Program-made: the position numbers and the translations under genes | Source of the DNA: Treponemataceae bacterium | Lineage (GTDB): Bacteria; Spirochaetota; Spirochaetia; Treponematales; Rectinemataceae | Reading direction: 5' to 3' | Assembly: GCA_963667725.2 (NCBI GenBank) | Contig: CAXXHO010000005.1 | Span: forward strand, 1,303,189 to 1,367,188 | DNA: 64,000 nt | Notes under the pieces: model-generated | The model's database searches: none | What the model saw: the letters and a program-made list of their open reading frames with translations, nothing else | What the model was told of the DNA's origin: nothing | In this document: positions 46,052 to 55,380 of the stretch, in pieces | Numbering within the stretch: position 1 is the stretch's first letter | Layout: each line of letters starts with the position of its first letter

Positions 46052-47995
46052 TTACAGGTTGAACAGCTTTTTAAGCGTGGCGATATTCCTGGGGTTGACC
46101 GTCGTCGAACCCTCGTGTTCGTAGGAATAATCGATCAGGTACCGGTATTCGGATTCGACCTTGCGGCGCACGAGCTTCATCGTCGAATTTATGGTGCCGT
46201 CTTCCTCGCTGAACTGCCTGTCGACGATCTGGAAGGTGACGGGCACCCAGCTGGGCTGGATGAGAGGCGCCCCGCCCTTGTCGTTGAAGCGGTAGAATTC
46301 ATCCTGGAGGACCTGGCAGAGCGCCTCGGCCGTCTTTATCCTTTTTTCGGCGATGAGGGCCTTCGTTCTGGCGATGTCGAGGCTGACGAGGGCGCAGGGG
46401 TATTTTTTGTACAGGCACCAGGCCATCATCTGCTCGATGACGCCCGTCGAGCCCATGACCGCGTCCTCTATCGTTTCGGGGCTGTATTTATTGCCCGATT
46501 CGGAGACGAGCAGGGCGTTTACGCGGCCTGTCACATTGATGAAGCCGTCCTCGTCCATGAAACCGAGATCGCCGGTCCAGAGTCGCCCGTCGCGCAGCAC
46601 CTGGGCCGTCGCTTCGGGATTCTTGTAGTAGCCTTTCATGACGCTGTCGCCGGTGACGGTGATCTCCCCGACCTGCCCGGTTGAGACCTCGTTGCCGTTC
46701 CTGTCCAGCACGGCGCATTTCACCGACGGCATTATTATGCCCATGGTGCCGAATTTCCAGCGTTCGAGGGTGCTCGTCGAGATGACGGGAGCTGCTTCGG
46801 TGAGTCCGTAGCCGGGGAGAAGGTAGACGCCGAGGGCGGTGAAGAATTTCTGCTGCTGGGGATCGAGTCTGGAGCCTCCGCTGATGCAGAAGACGATGGA
46901 GCCGCCGAGGGCTTTCTTCCTGATCGCGCCGAAAAGGAGGGTTTTGGCCAGGAAATAGGGGAAGAAGGACGAAATCCTGTCGCCGAGCGGCGGTTTGTGG
47001 CAGCCGTCGCCCATCCATTTGGCCGCGGCTTCGATGCCGTTCTTGAAAATCTTCGCGGCGAGGGGGCCTTTCTGTTCCACGCCGGCTATGATCTTTTTCA
47101 TGAAATTCACGGTGAGGGCCGGCACCGTGAAAAGGAAGGTGGGCTGGCATTCCTGGAGGTTCCCGGGAATGTTCCTCAGCATGGCGATGCCGCCGCCGCG
47201 CGCGTCCAGGAAATACAGGGCCACGCCGCTCCACAGGGCGGTGAATATCGCCGAGGTATGGATGAAGGAGTGATCCGTGGGGAGGATGAGAAGGGTCCTG
47301 AAGCGGGGCGTGATGAAACGGATGCTCAGGTCGTGGCTGTTCGTCCAGAAATTGAGGTGGGTGAGCATGACGCCCTTGGGGTTGCCCGCCGTTCCCGATG
47401 TGTAGGAAATCGTCGCCACCGTGTCTTCCGTCACGGCTTCCGCTATGGCGTCGAGCCTGGCCGGGAGATTGCCCGCCTGATCGGCGAGGGCCGAGCGTCC
47501 CGCCGCCAGGGCCTGGGAAAAGCCCACGAAAAGTCCGTCCTCTAGGCCGGCTTTCGCGGCCTGCGCCCTTCCCCAGTCGAGGTCTTCGTCCAGATAGACG
47601 AGGGTGATGGGGGCGCCCGCGCGGCGCGTCAGCACGCCGAGTACGCCGGCGAGGTAGTTATGGGTGGTGAGGATGAGCCTGGCCTCGGAATGATCCAGGC
47701 GGAAGAGGATTTCGTCGGGCGTCAGCTTGACCGAGAGCGGTATCGATATGAGGCCGGCGTAGAAGCCTCCGAACTCGCCTTCGAGCCATTCGGGGCTGCC
47801 TTCGCTCAGGATGGCGATCTTGTCCCCGGGGCCAAAGCCCGAGGAAAGGAGCCATGAGGCAAAGGCCCTGGAGGCGTCGCGCACTTCCGAAAAACTCGAG
47901 GGTTTGAAGCTCTCGTCGGTTTTCCGGAGGGCATAGGGCTCATTTGGCCAGGTCATAGCCGCATTGTCGATCATCGCGAGGACGGTTTTTTTCAT
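46052..47995 (-). CDS. Long-chain acyl-CoA synthetase (AMP-binding), paralog 2
   Basis: YTSGTAGNPKG, GYGLTEAAP, WTGDLG. Confidence 0.9.
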   Translation of the reverse strand: MKKTVLAMIDNAAMTWPNEPYALRKTDESFKPSSFSEVRDASRAFASWLLSSGFGPGDKIAILSEGSPEWLEGEFGGFYAGLISIPLSVKLTPDEILFRLDHSEARLILTTHNYLAGVLGVLTRRAGAPITLVYLDEDLDWGRAQAAKAGLEDGLFVGFSQALAAGRSALADQAGNLPARLDAIAEAVTEDTVATISYTSGTAGNPKGVMLTHLNFWTNSHDLSIRFITPRFRTLLILPTDHSFIHTSAIFTALWSGVALYFLDARGGGIAMLRNIPGNLQECQPTFLFTVPALTVNFMKKIIAGVEQKGPLAAKIFKNGIEAAAKWMGDGCHKPPLGDRISSFFPYFLAKTLLFGAIRKKALGGSIVFCISGGSRLDPQQQKFFTALGVYLLPGYGLTEAAPVISTSTLERWKFGTMGIIMPSVKCAVLDRNGNEVSTGQVGEITVTGDSVMKGYYKNPEATAQVLRDGRLWTGDLGFMDEDGFINVTGRVNALLVSESGNKYSPETIEDAVMGSTGVIEQMMAWCLYKKYPCALVSLDIARTKALIAEKRIKTAEALCQVLQDEFYRFNDKGGAPLIQPSWVPVTFQIVDRQFSEEDGTINSTMKLVRRKVESEYRYLIDYSYEHEGSTTVNPRNIATLKKLFNL

Positions 47996-48032
47996 AATTT
48001 TTTACTCCTTGCCGTGGCTTTCGCCATCCGGT

Positions 48033-49982
48033 TCATGAAAGTTTAAATAGAGTCTTCAGCGTCTCGATATTTCTTTCGTTGACCGTAAGGGATCCTTCCT
48101 TCGAATAGGAATAATCCAGCAGGTCCTTGTAGACCTGGGATACCTTGAAGCGGACGATCTTCATGGTGGAGTTGACCGTGCCGTCCTTTTCTCCCAGCGC
48201 CGCGGGCAGTATCTGGAAGGCGGCGGGCACCCATGCCCTCTGCACTTTCTTGGCCCTGGGATCGTTCTGGAAGGCGTAGAATTCGGCGTTGAGCGATTCG
48301 CAGAGTTCCCTGGCGGTCTTGATGCCCCTGTCCTTGATAAAGCGCTCAACTTTAGCCGTATCGAGGGCGACGAGGGCGCAGGAGTACTTTCTGTGGTCGC
48401 ACCAGACCATGACCTGATCGATGAGGTCGGTGGAGGTGATGACGGCTTCCTCGATTTCCTCCGGGCTGTATTTTTCGCCGTCCTCGAAGATGAGGAGGGC
48501 TTTTTCGCGCCCGACCACGACGAGGAAGTCGTCTTTGTCCATGTAGCCCAGATCCCCGGTCCACAGGCTGCCTTCGCGCAGGGCCTGGGCGCTGGCCTCT
48601 GGATTCTTGAAGTAGCCTTTCATGACGTTTTCGCCGGTGATGACGATTTCGCCCGTGGTGCCGCGGGGGGCCTCGGTTCCGTCGGCCAGCATTATACGGC
48701 ACTTGAGCGACGGCGCGAGGATGCCTGAGGAACCGAACTTGTGGCGGGATGGGACGTTGGCGGAGATGATGGGCGCGGCTTCCGTGAGGCCGTAGCCCTG
48801 GAAGACGGGGCAGCCCAGGGCGGCGAAGAATTCCTGCTGCTTCACGTCAAGAAGGGCGCCGCCGCCGACGCAGAAGAGGATGGAGTCGCCGAATACCGCC
48901 TTCTTGATCTTGTTGAAGACAAGGGCTTTCGCGAAGAAGTAGGGGATGAAGGCGCCGGCCCTCGTGCCGAAACCGGGCCTGGCGAAGCCGTCGCCGTTCC
49001 AGCGGATGCCCGCGGCGATGCCCGTCTTGAAGATTTTCTCTATGAGACCGCCCTTTTCCTCCATGGCCTGGATGATTTTCTTCATGAAGTTGCCGGACAG
49101 GGCCGGCACGGTGAAGAGGAAGATAGGGTTCACTTCCTTGAGGTTGAGGGGGATATTGCGCAGGGTGGCGATGCCGCCGCCGCGGGAATCCACGAAATAG
49201 AGGGCGATGCCGCGCACGAGGGCGGTGTAGATGCCTACGGTATGGGCGAAGGAGTGGTCGACGGGGAGGATGAGGAGGGTCCGGTAGTGGGGGGGAAGCT
49301 CGAACATCTCTATGGCGTCGTGGCAGTTGCTCCAGTAGTTGAGGTGGGTGAGCATGATGCCCTTGGGATTGCCGGTGGTGCCCGAGGTATAGGAAATCGT
49401 GATGACATCGTCCTCTTCGGTGCCGGCGTCGATCGCGTCGAGCCTGGCCGCCATGTCGGATTCCTTCGCTTCGATGAGCTTCCGCCCTTCTTCCTCGGCC
49501 TGGGTGAATCCGATGAAGCGGTCGCCCTTTATGCCGTGTTTTTCGGCTTGAGCCATGCCCCAGTCGATATCCTCGTCGAGATAGACGAGCCTGATGGTCT
49601 TGCCGTCGGCCGAATCCAGGGCCGAGAGTACCTTTTCCAGCTGGTTATGGGTGGTGAGGAAGCCTTTGGCCTCGGAATGGTTGAGTCTGAAGGGGATTTC
49701 CTCGGCGAGCAGCTTGATGGAGAGAGGGACGGAAACGATGCCCGCGCACATGAGGCCGTACTCGCCGCAGATCCATTCGGGACTGCCTTCCCCCAGGATG
49801 GCCATGGTGTCGCCTTTTCCGTAGCCCTGAGAAATGAGCCAGGCGCCGAATCGGCGGGATCTATCGCGCGCCTGGGAGAAGGTTGTCGGCGCGTAGCCAT
49901 TGTCGGTTTTTCTGAGCGCGTAAGGGTCGTTCGCCCATTCCTTGGCGGCTTCATCGAGCATGCGGAAAACTGTCCGTTTCAT
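48033..49982 (-). CDS. Long-chain acyl-CoA synthetase (AMP-binding), paralog 1
   Basis: YTSGTTGNPKG, QGYGLTEAAP, WTGDLG, GREK. Confidence 0.9.
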   Translation of the reverse strand: MKRTVFRMLDEAAKEWANDPYALRKTDNGYAPTTFSQARDRSRRFGAWLISQGYGKGDTMAILGEGSPEWICGEYGLMCAGIVSVPLSIKLLAEEIPFRLNHSEAKGFLTTHNQLEKVLSALDSADGKTIRLVYLDEDIDWGMAQAEKHGIKGDRFIGFTQAEEEGRKLIEAKESDMAARLDAIDAGTEEDDVITISYTSGTTGNPKGIMLTHLNYWSNCHDAIEMFELPPHYRTLLILPVDHSFAHTVGIYTALVRGIALYFVDSRGGGIATLRNIPLNLKEVNPIFLFTVPALSGNFMKKIIQAMEEKGGLIEKIFKTGIAAGIRWNGDGFARPGFGTRAGAFIPYFFAKALVFNKIKKAVFGDSILFCVGGGALLDVKQQEFFAALGCPVFQGYGLTEAAPIISANVPSRHKFGSSGILAPSLKCRIMLADGTEAPRGTTGEIVITGENVMKGYFKNPEASAQALREGSLWTGDLGYMDKDDFLVVVGREKALLIFEDGEKYSPEEIEEAVITSTDLIDQVMVWCDHRKYSCALVALDTAKVERFIKDRGIKTARELCESLNAEFYAFQNDPRAKKVQRAWVPAAFQILPAALGEKDGTVNSTMKIVRFKVSQVYKDLLDYSYSKEGSLTVNERNIETLKTLFKLS

Positions 49983-50148
49983 CTTTCTCTCCTGAATTGC
50001 CGCGCCGATAGAGATCCCCGGGATTATCGATCCGCGCGGTTCCTAAACGTAGCACGAAGAGGGAATACGGTAAAGCGCATAATGTCGACGCCGGCGGCGG
50101 GAGATTGCCCTCCTGAGCTGAAACACGAAAAATAACTGGCCTTTTTGG

Positions 50149-50177
50149 TTGACATGATTTGCCTTGTGATGGACAAT
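50149..50177 (+). promoter_or_regulatory. Sigma70-type promoter
   Basis: TTGACA-N17-GACAAT. Confidence 0.5.
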
Positions 50178-50273
50178 CTTTGGAACTGATAAAGTACTGT
50201 AATGCGCCGTGCCATATCAGGGGCAGCGCCAAGCGCGCAGTCTGGAATTCCGGCGCAACGTAAGGAAGGTTTT

Positions 50274-50825
50274 ATGAAACGAATTACACTCATCTGCGCT
50301 CTTTTCATCGCAGTTCTTGGTCCGGCTTTCGCTCAGCAGACCACGGCATTCGCGGGCAAGCCCGCCGTACTCACGGCCATCGGCCAGAGCGCTGATTTCG
50401 AGATGGTCAAGGTGCTTCTCACGAGAAACAAGATTCCCTTCAAAGCCGACACCCTCGTCAAGGCCGAGAATCTCGATGCCTCGTCCCCGACCCTCATCCT
50501 CGTCGTAGGCGCCAGTTCCAAGGGACTCGGGGCCGCTGGCATCAGCGCGGAAGCCGAGCTCGTGAGGACCAAAGCGCTTCTGAAGCGAGCCAAAGAGCTC
50601 AAGATAAGCGTCATCACGGTTCACGTCGGCGGCGCGGCTCGCCGCGGCGCCCTGTCCGACAGCTTTATCGAGCCCTGCATGGCATCGTCAGACTACGCCA
50701 TCGTCGTCGAATCGGGCAACCAGGACGGACTTTTTACGAAACTGGCGGCAAAAGCGAATATCGCCGTCACCTCCGTCGAACGCATATCGGCCATCGGCGC
50801 TCCTCTGGCCGCCGCATTCAAATAA
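50274..50825 (+). CDS. Exported DUF6305-like protein
   Basis: Signal peptide; GQSAD, VGASSKGLGAAGI, HVGGAARRGALSD. Confidence 0.7.
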   Translation: MKRITLICALFIAVLGPAFAQQTTAFAGKPAVLTAIGQSADFEMVKVLLTRNKIPFKADTLVKAENLDASSPTLILVVGASSKGLGAAGISAEAELVRTKALLKRAKELKISVITVHVGGAARRGALSDSFIEPCMASSDYAIVVESGNQDGLFTKLAAKANIAVTSVERISAIGAPLAAAFK

Positions 50826-50855
50826 AGACCTGGTTTTCGCAAGGAGACGCATACG

Positions 50856-51950
50856 ATGAAACGTTTTACAATCGCCCTGATCGTCGCTTCGCTGTGCCTC
50901 GCCGCAGTCGGCGCCCAGCCTTCGACGGCCCAGGATATACATGGCCGCTACCTCATCAATCACGATTACCGTCCTTCCGCGTCCCTGGTGAAAACGGGAT
51001 GGCTGTCGGACTACTATTCCGACCTGCTCGGCACTCCCGGTGACAGCAAAGTGTATTTCTTTGAAGGGGAAGCCCCCGGTGGCACCCTCTTCGTCGGCGG
51101 GGGAACTCATTCCAACGAAATCGCCGGCATCATGGCCGCTGTCACCATGATCGAGAATCTGAAGATGGAGACCGGCAGGGTCATCGTGGTGCCCAACCTC
51201 AACAACTCGGGCGTGAGCCACCAGGACAAGGAACCCAGCATGCCAGCGTATACCTCGCGAGGTCCGTCCTGGATCGGTCTCGATACCCAGAGCGGCCGCA
51301 GGTACTTCAAATACGGTTCCCGCGCTACCAACCAGGCTCATCAGGGCGTAGCCGACCCCGTTGGAGGCTACGTGCATCCCGACAGCAAGGAAACGCCTCT
51401 GGCGGCCTGGGAGTTCCGGAACCTCAATCGCGCCTATCCCGGGCGCGTCGATTCCGGTCTTACGCAGAAGATCGCCTATGCCATCATGATTCTCCTCAAC
51501 AAGGAAAAGGTGGACGTGGCTTTCGACTACCATGAGGCCGATGTGGGCGGGCGCCTGGCCAACATGATGGTGGCCAACCCGAAGAATATTGATATCGCCG
51601 CCGCGGCGGTGCTCAACGTGGACCTGGACTATGGCCTCACGCTCAAGCTGGAACCTTCCAATATGGAGTTCCGCGGTCTTTCTCACAGGGAATGGGGAGC
51701 CGGAACCGGCGCCGCTTCCTTCCTCACCGAGACGCCCAACCCGGCCATGGCCCAGGACGCGACGGATACGGTAGACGTCGTCAACGATCCCAGCAATCCG
51801 CTCAGCTCGAGAGTGGCCACGCATCTGGTCGCGACTGTGGCTGTGGTGAACGTGTTCAACGAGACGCATCCCGAAAGGAGCATCGTATTCTCGGGTCTCC
51901 CGAGCTATGAGCAGCTTCTCAAGAATGGCGTAGGTCCCTACCTCAAGTAG
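50856..51950 (+). CDS. Exported succinylglutamate desuccinylase/aspartoacylase (M14) family protein
   Basis: Signal peptide; GGTHSNE, NLNRAYPG, DYHE Zn ligands. Confidence 0.85.
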   Translation: MKRFTIALIVASLCLAAVGAQPSTAQDIHGRYLINHDYRPSASLVKTGWLSDYYSDLLGTPGDSKVYFFEGEAPGGTLFVGGGTHSNEIAGIMAAVTMIENLKMETGRVIVVPNLNNSGVSHQDKEPSMPAYTSRGPSWIGLDTQSGRRYFKYGSRATNQAHQGVADPVGGYVHPDSKETPLAAWEFRNLNRAYPGRVDSGLTQKIAYAIMILLNKEKVDVAFDYHEADVGGRLANMMVANPKNIDIAAAAVLNVDLDYGLTLKLEPSNMEFRGLSHREWGAGTGAASFLTETPNPAMAQDATDTVDVVNDPSNPLSSRVATHLVATVAVVNVFNETHPERSIVFSGLPSYEQLLKNGVGPYLK

Positions 51951-52034
51951 CGCTCAAGTCGTGGGCCGGTTTCTTTGGAACCGGCCGATAGGCGGCGCAT
52001 GGTTCGTCGCCCAGTTTTTTCAGGAGGAGTCCGT

Positions 52035-53702
52035 ATGAAGATGAAAAGAAGCTTAATTTCGATAGCGCTCATAGCGCTGCTGCTTTCGGGCAGCCTCGGA
52101 ACGGCTTTCGCCCAGAAAGCCGCCACCGTCATCCCCGAAGTCGTATCCAGCACGGGCATGGTCGCCGCGGCGCATCCGCTCGCCTCCCAGGCCGGCCTCG
52201 ATATCCTCAAGGCCGGCGGCAACGCCGTCGACTCCGTCGTGGCGACCGCCTTCGCCAACGGCGTCGTCGAGCCCAACGCCAACGGTATCGGTGGGGAAGG
52301 CTACATCGTCATCTATATGAAAGGAACCAACAAGGCGACGTCGATCGACTATCGCAGCCGGGCCTCGTTCAACAAGGCGGTTGAAGGCGAAAAATGGCCG
52401 AGCGCAGGACACAGGGGCGTCGCCGTTCCCGGGACGGTCGCCGGACTTGCCATGGCCCTTGAAAAATACGGAACCATGAGCCTCGCCCAGGTTCTCGAAC
52501 CGGCCATCAAGCTGGCCGAGGAAGGTTTTGTCGTCAGCCCGACCCTCGCTGGCGTCATCTCCGACAACTACAAGCGCGCGATGCCCAATAAATACCTGAT
52601 GTCCATCATCGCCCCCGACGGCCTGCCCCTCGAAGCCGGCGATATCTACAAGAATCCCGACCTCGGTAAAAGTCTGAGACTTATCGCCAAGGAAGGCCCC
52701 GACGCTTTCTACAAGGGAGAAATCGCCAAGGCCATCGCCGCCGACATGAAGGCGAACAACGGACTCATCGATGAGAACGACCTGGCCCAGTACAAGGCCA
52801 TCGAGCGCGAACCCGCCTCAGGCACCTACCGCGGCTACGATATCGTCTCGGCGCCGGCCCCCGTCGGCGGCTTCCTCCTCATCGAATCGCTGAACATGCT
52901 CGAGAACTATAACCTCAAGTTCCTGGGCTTCGATTCCGCCATGAAGCTCCACCTCTTCGCCGAGGTGCTGGCCAGGGCCTTTGACGACTACTACGACGTG
53001 CTCGGCGACCCCGACTATGTCGATGTTCCCATGAAAGCCCTGACCTCGAAGGGATACGCCAACGCCAAGGCCGCTTCCATCAAACTGGACGCCATGACGA
53101 CCAAGTACGACAAGATCAACCCCAACAGCGAGCATTGGAGCACCACCCACATGTCGGTGGTCGACAAAGACGGCAACGTGGTCGCCCTCACGCAGACTCT
53201 GTCCAGCTTCTTCGGCGCCGCCGTGGCCGTTCCCGGCACGGGCGTTATCCTCAACAACGAGATGGGCAACTTCAACGGCAAAAAAGGCACTTCGGCCTAT
53301 ATGCCGGGCAAGCGCATGAACACGACCATCGCCCCGACCCTCATCATGAAGGACGGCAAGTCCTTTGCGACCCTCGGAACCCCGGGAGCCATGAGGATCA
53401 TCCCGACCCTGACCCAGATCGTCACCAACCTGATCGACTACGGCATGGGCATGCAGGAAGCTATCGAGGCCCCGCGCATGTACTGCACCTACCTCCAGGG
53501 GCCCGGCAAGACGACGATGGAGCTGGAAGGCACGCTCTTCTCCGCCAAGACTTCGGCCGACCTCGCCCTTCTCGGGTACAAGGTGAAGAGCTACGATGGA
53601 CGCGACCTCTACTTCGGCGGCGTGCAGGGCATCATCATAAAGGATGGCAAACTGTACGGCGGAGCCGATCCCCGCAGGGATGGCGCCGTTTTCGGATACT
53701 GA
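52035..53702 (+). CDS. ggt: Gamma-glutamyltransferase
   Basis: GGNAVD, VAVPGTVAG, STTHMSVVD (catalytic Thr), LNNEM, GTPGA, GGADPRRDG. Confidence 0.94.
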   Translation: MKMKRSLISIALIALLLSGSLGTAFAQKAATVIPEVVSSTGMVAAAHPLASQAGLDILKAGGNAVDSVVATAFANGVVEPNANGIGGEGYIVIYMKGTNKATSIDYRSRASFNKAVEGEKWPSAGHRGVAVPGTVAGLAMALEKYGTMSLAQVLEPAIKLAEEGFVVSPTLAGVISDNYKRAMPNKYLMSIIAPDGLPLEAGDIYKNPDLGKSLRLIAKEGPDAFYKGEIAKAIAADMKANNGLIDENDLAQYKAIEREPASGTYRGYDIVSAPAPVGGFLLIESLNMLENYNLKFLGFDSAMKLHLFAEVLARAFDDYYDVLGDPDYVDVPMKALTSKGYANAKAASIKLDAMTTKYDKINPNSEHWSTTHMSVVDKDGNVVALTQTLSSFFGAAVAVPGTGVILNNEMGNFNGKKGTSAYMPGKRMNTTIAPTLIMKDGKSFATLGTPGAMRIIPTLTQIVTNLIDYGMGMQEAIEAPRMYCTYLQGPGKTTMELEGTLFSAKTSADLALLGYKVKSYDGRDLYFGGVQGIIIKDGKLYGGADPRRDGAVFGY

Positions 53703-53734
53703 CCGCCCACGGGTTATTGATTCGTTTTACATCG

Positions 53735-53762
53735 AAGGGGCGGCCTTGAGGCCGCCCCTTTT
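53735..53762 (+). terminator. Intrinsic terminator after ggt
   Basis: AAGGGGCGGCC-TTGA-GGCCGCCCCTTTT. Confidence 0.82.
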
Positions 53763-53781
53763 ATAGGAAGCTACCATACGT

Positions 53782-54903
53782 ATGAAAATTAACTTTGTAT
53801 GCCGAGCCATTGCTTGCCTCGCGCTGGCGGTCTTTACGGCCGCTCAGGCAGCCACTCAGGCAGCCGCTGGAGCGGGGCAAACCCTGCCCCGGAACCCCGC
53901 TTTCGACGCCGCCTTGGCCGAACAGAGGCCGGGATCGGCTCTCTCCAGGATAGGGGCGCTCTCTGATTATCTTCCCTCGCTCGCGGGCACGGCCATGGAC
54001 AGCCCCGTCTATTTTCTCGAGCCCTCCGCGCCGAGCCCCGAGGCTTCGAGTCTCGGACTTCCCGCCATCCTCATCCTGGGCGGCACACACGGCAACGAGC
54101 TGGCGGGCGTCGTGGCGGCCTCCCTCTTCGTCTCCTGGGCGCGGCCTGTCTCGGCACGGCTCATCGTCGTGCCGAGGGCCAACGCCTCTGCCGCGACCTG
54201 GCCTGATCCCGACAGGCCTGGTCCTGCCTACGTCGCAATACCGGGAGCCTCGGGCGAGCGCCGTTTCCGATACGGCTCGCGCCTAACCAAGCCCGGAGAC
54301 GAAATACTCCCCGATCCCCAGGCCTTTTTTCCTCTGGGAGCGGGCCCCGGACAGGGACTCGCCGGTCAGGAAGCGCGCAATCTCAACCGCAGCTATCCGG
54401 GCGATCCCTCGGGCTCTCTCACCTCCAGGACGGCCGCTGCCATCTTCGCCCTCATCGGCAAGGAGAACGTCAAGGCGGCCTTCGATTTTCACGAGGCCGG
54501 TCCCTCCTCGGGGTTGGCATGGGATATCGTCGCACACTCCAAGAATATCGGATACGCCGCCATGGGAATCCTCGCGGCGGAAGACAACGGTGTCAGCATG
54601 GTCCTCGACCAGTCGAGGGAGGTGCATAGGGGGCTTTCCCATCGCGAATGGGGCGAGGGTACCCAGGCGGCGGCCTACCTGATCGAAACCCTGAACATGG
54701 GGCAAGTCGCGGGCGGGAATCCCGGCTTCGACCATCTGGGCGACGCCAAGGCGCCTCTATGGAAAAGGGTGGGAATACAGATAGAGATCGTTCTCGCCAT
54801 TCTCGAGGCTCATTCCGAGATGGACGAGTCCGCGGGCTGGGCCGCGATTGAGGGAATGCCCGGCATTAAGGCGCTACAGCATGACTTTTCTCGATACTTC
54901 TGA
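53782..54903 (+). CDS. Second exported M14/AstE-AspA family protein
   Basis: Signal peptide; GGTHGNE, NLNRSYPG, DFHE, GLSHREWG shared with the 50856 paralog. Confidence 0.82.
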   Translation: MKINFVCRAIACLALAVFTAAQAATQAAAGAGQTLPRNPAFDAALAEQRPGSALSRIGALSDYLPSLAGTAMDSPVYFLEPSAPSPEASSLGLPAILILGGTHGNELAGVVAASLFVSWARPVSARLIVVPRANASAATWPDPDRPGPAYVAIPGASGERRFRYGSRLTKPGDEILPDPQAFFPLGAGPGQGLAGQEARNLNRSYPGDPSGSLTSRTAAAIFALIGKENVKAAFDFHEAGPSSGLAWDIVAHSKNIGYAAMGILAAEDNGVSMVLDQSREVHRGLSHREWGEGTQAAAYLIETLNMGQVAGGNPGFDHLGDAKAPLWKRVGIQIEIVLAILEAHSEMDESAGWAAIEGMPGIKALQHDFSRYF

Positions 54904-55291
54904 AACCTTAGCCAAAATCCTTGAAGCCTTGCCCCCCGGGCACAGGCTCAAGGAAGCGGCTATGGGATTCACGGAATCCGCCGACGGGCTTCTCCGGGCC
55001 GCCGGAGAAGCGACGAGGATGAAGGGCGCGCCGGGCTGGCCTGGCGAGTTCGGAGTCCTGGCCGCTTCCGGTAATCAAGCCGATCGGTACCTTCTCTGGC
55101 TGGGCTCCAGGGCTGGAATGGAGGGCAGCCGACAGCTACTTCTTTACCCTTCTCCAGGAAGGTACAGGATAGAATACTGGACGAAAGGCGACGGCCGCCT
55201 TGAGGGCGTGGAAATCGGAACTTCCGCGCCCCTCGTGCTCGGTCCGCCGGGAAACGGACCCTACATCGTTCACATCCAAAGGCTGGCCTGA
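54881..55291 (+). CDS. Hypothetical protein
   Basis: ORF overlapping the upstream stop region and filling the gap; no family recognised. Confidence 0.5.
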   Translation: MTFLDTSETLAKILEALPPGHRLKEAAMGFTESADGLLRAAGEATRMKGAPGWPGEFGVLAASGNQADRYLLWLGSRAGMEGSRQLLLYPSPGRYRIEYWTKGDGRLEGVEIGTSAPLVLGPPGNGPYIVHIQRLA

Positions 55292-55316
55292 GGGAAGCTT
55301 TCCTTGCTCGTCAAGA

Positions 55317-55345
55317 TTGACAAGAGCACCGAGGCGGTATAGATT
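55317..55345 (+). promoter_or_regulatory. Sigma70-type promoter of prs
   Basis: TTGACA-N17-TAGATT. Confidence 0.6.
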
Positions 55346-55380
55346 GGAATCAACCAATCCATTCCTAAGGCGGCGATCCC

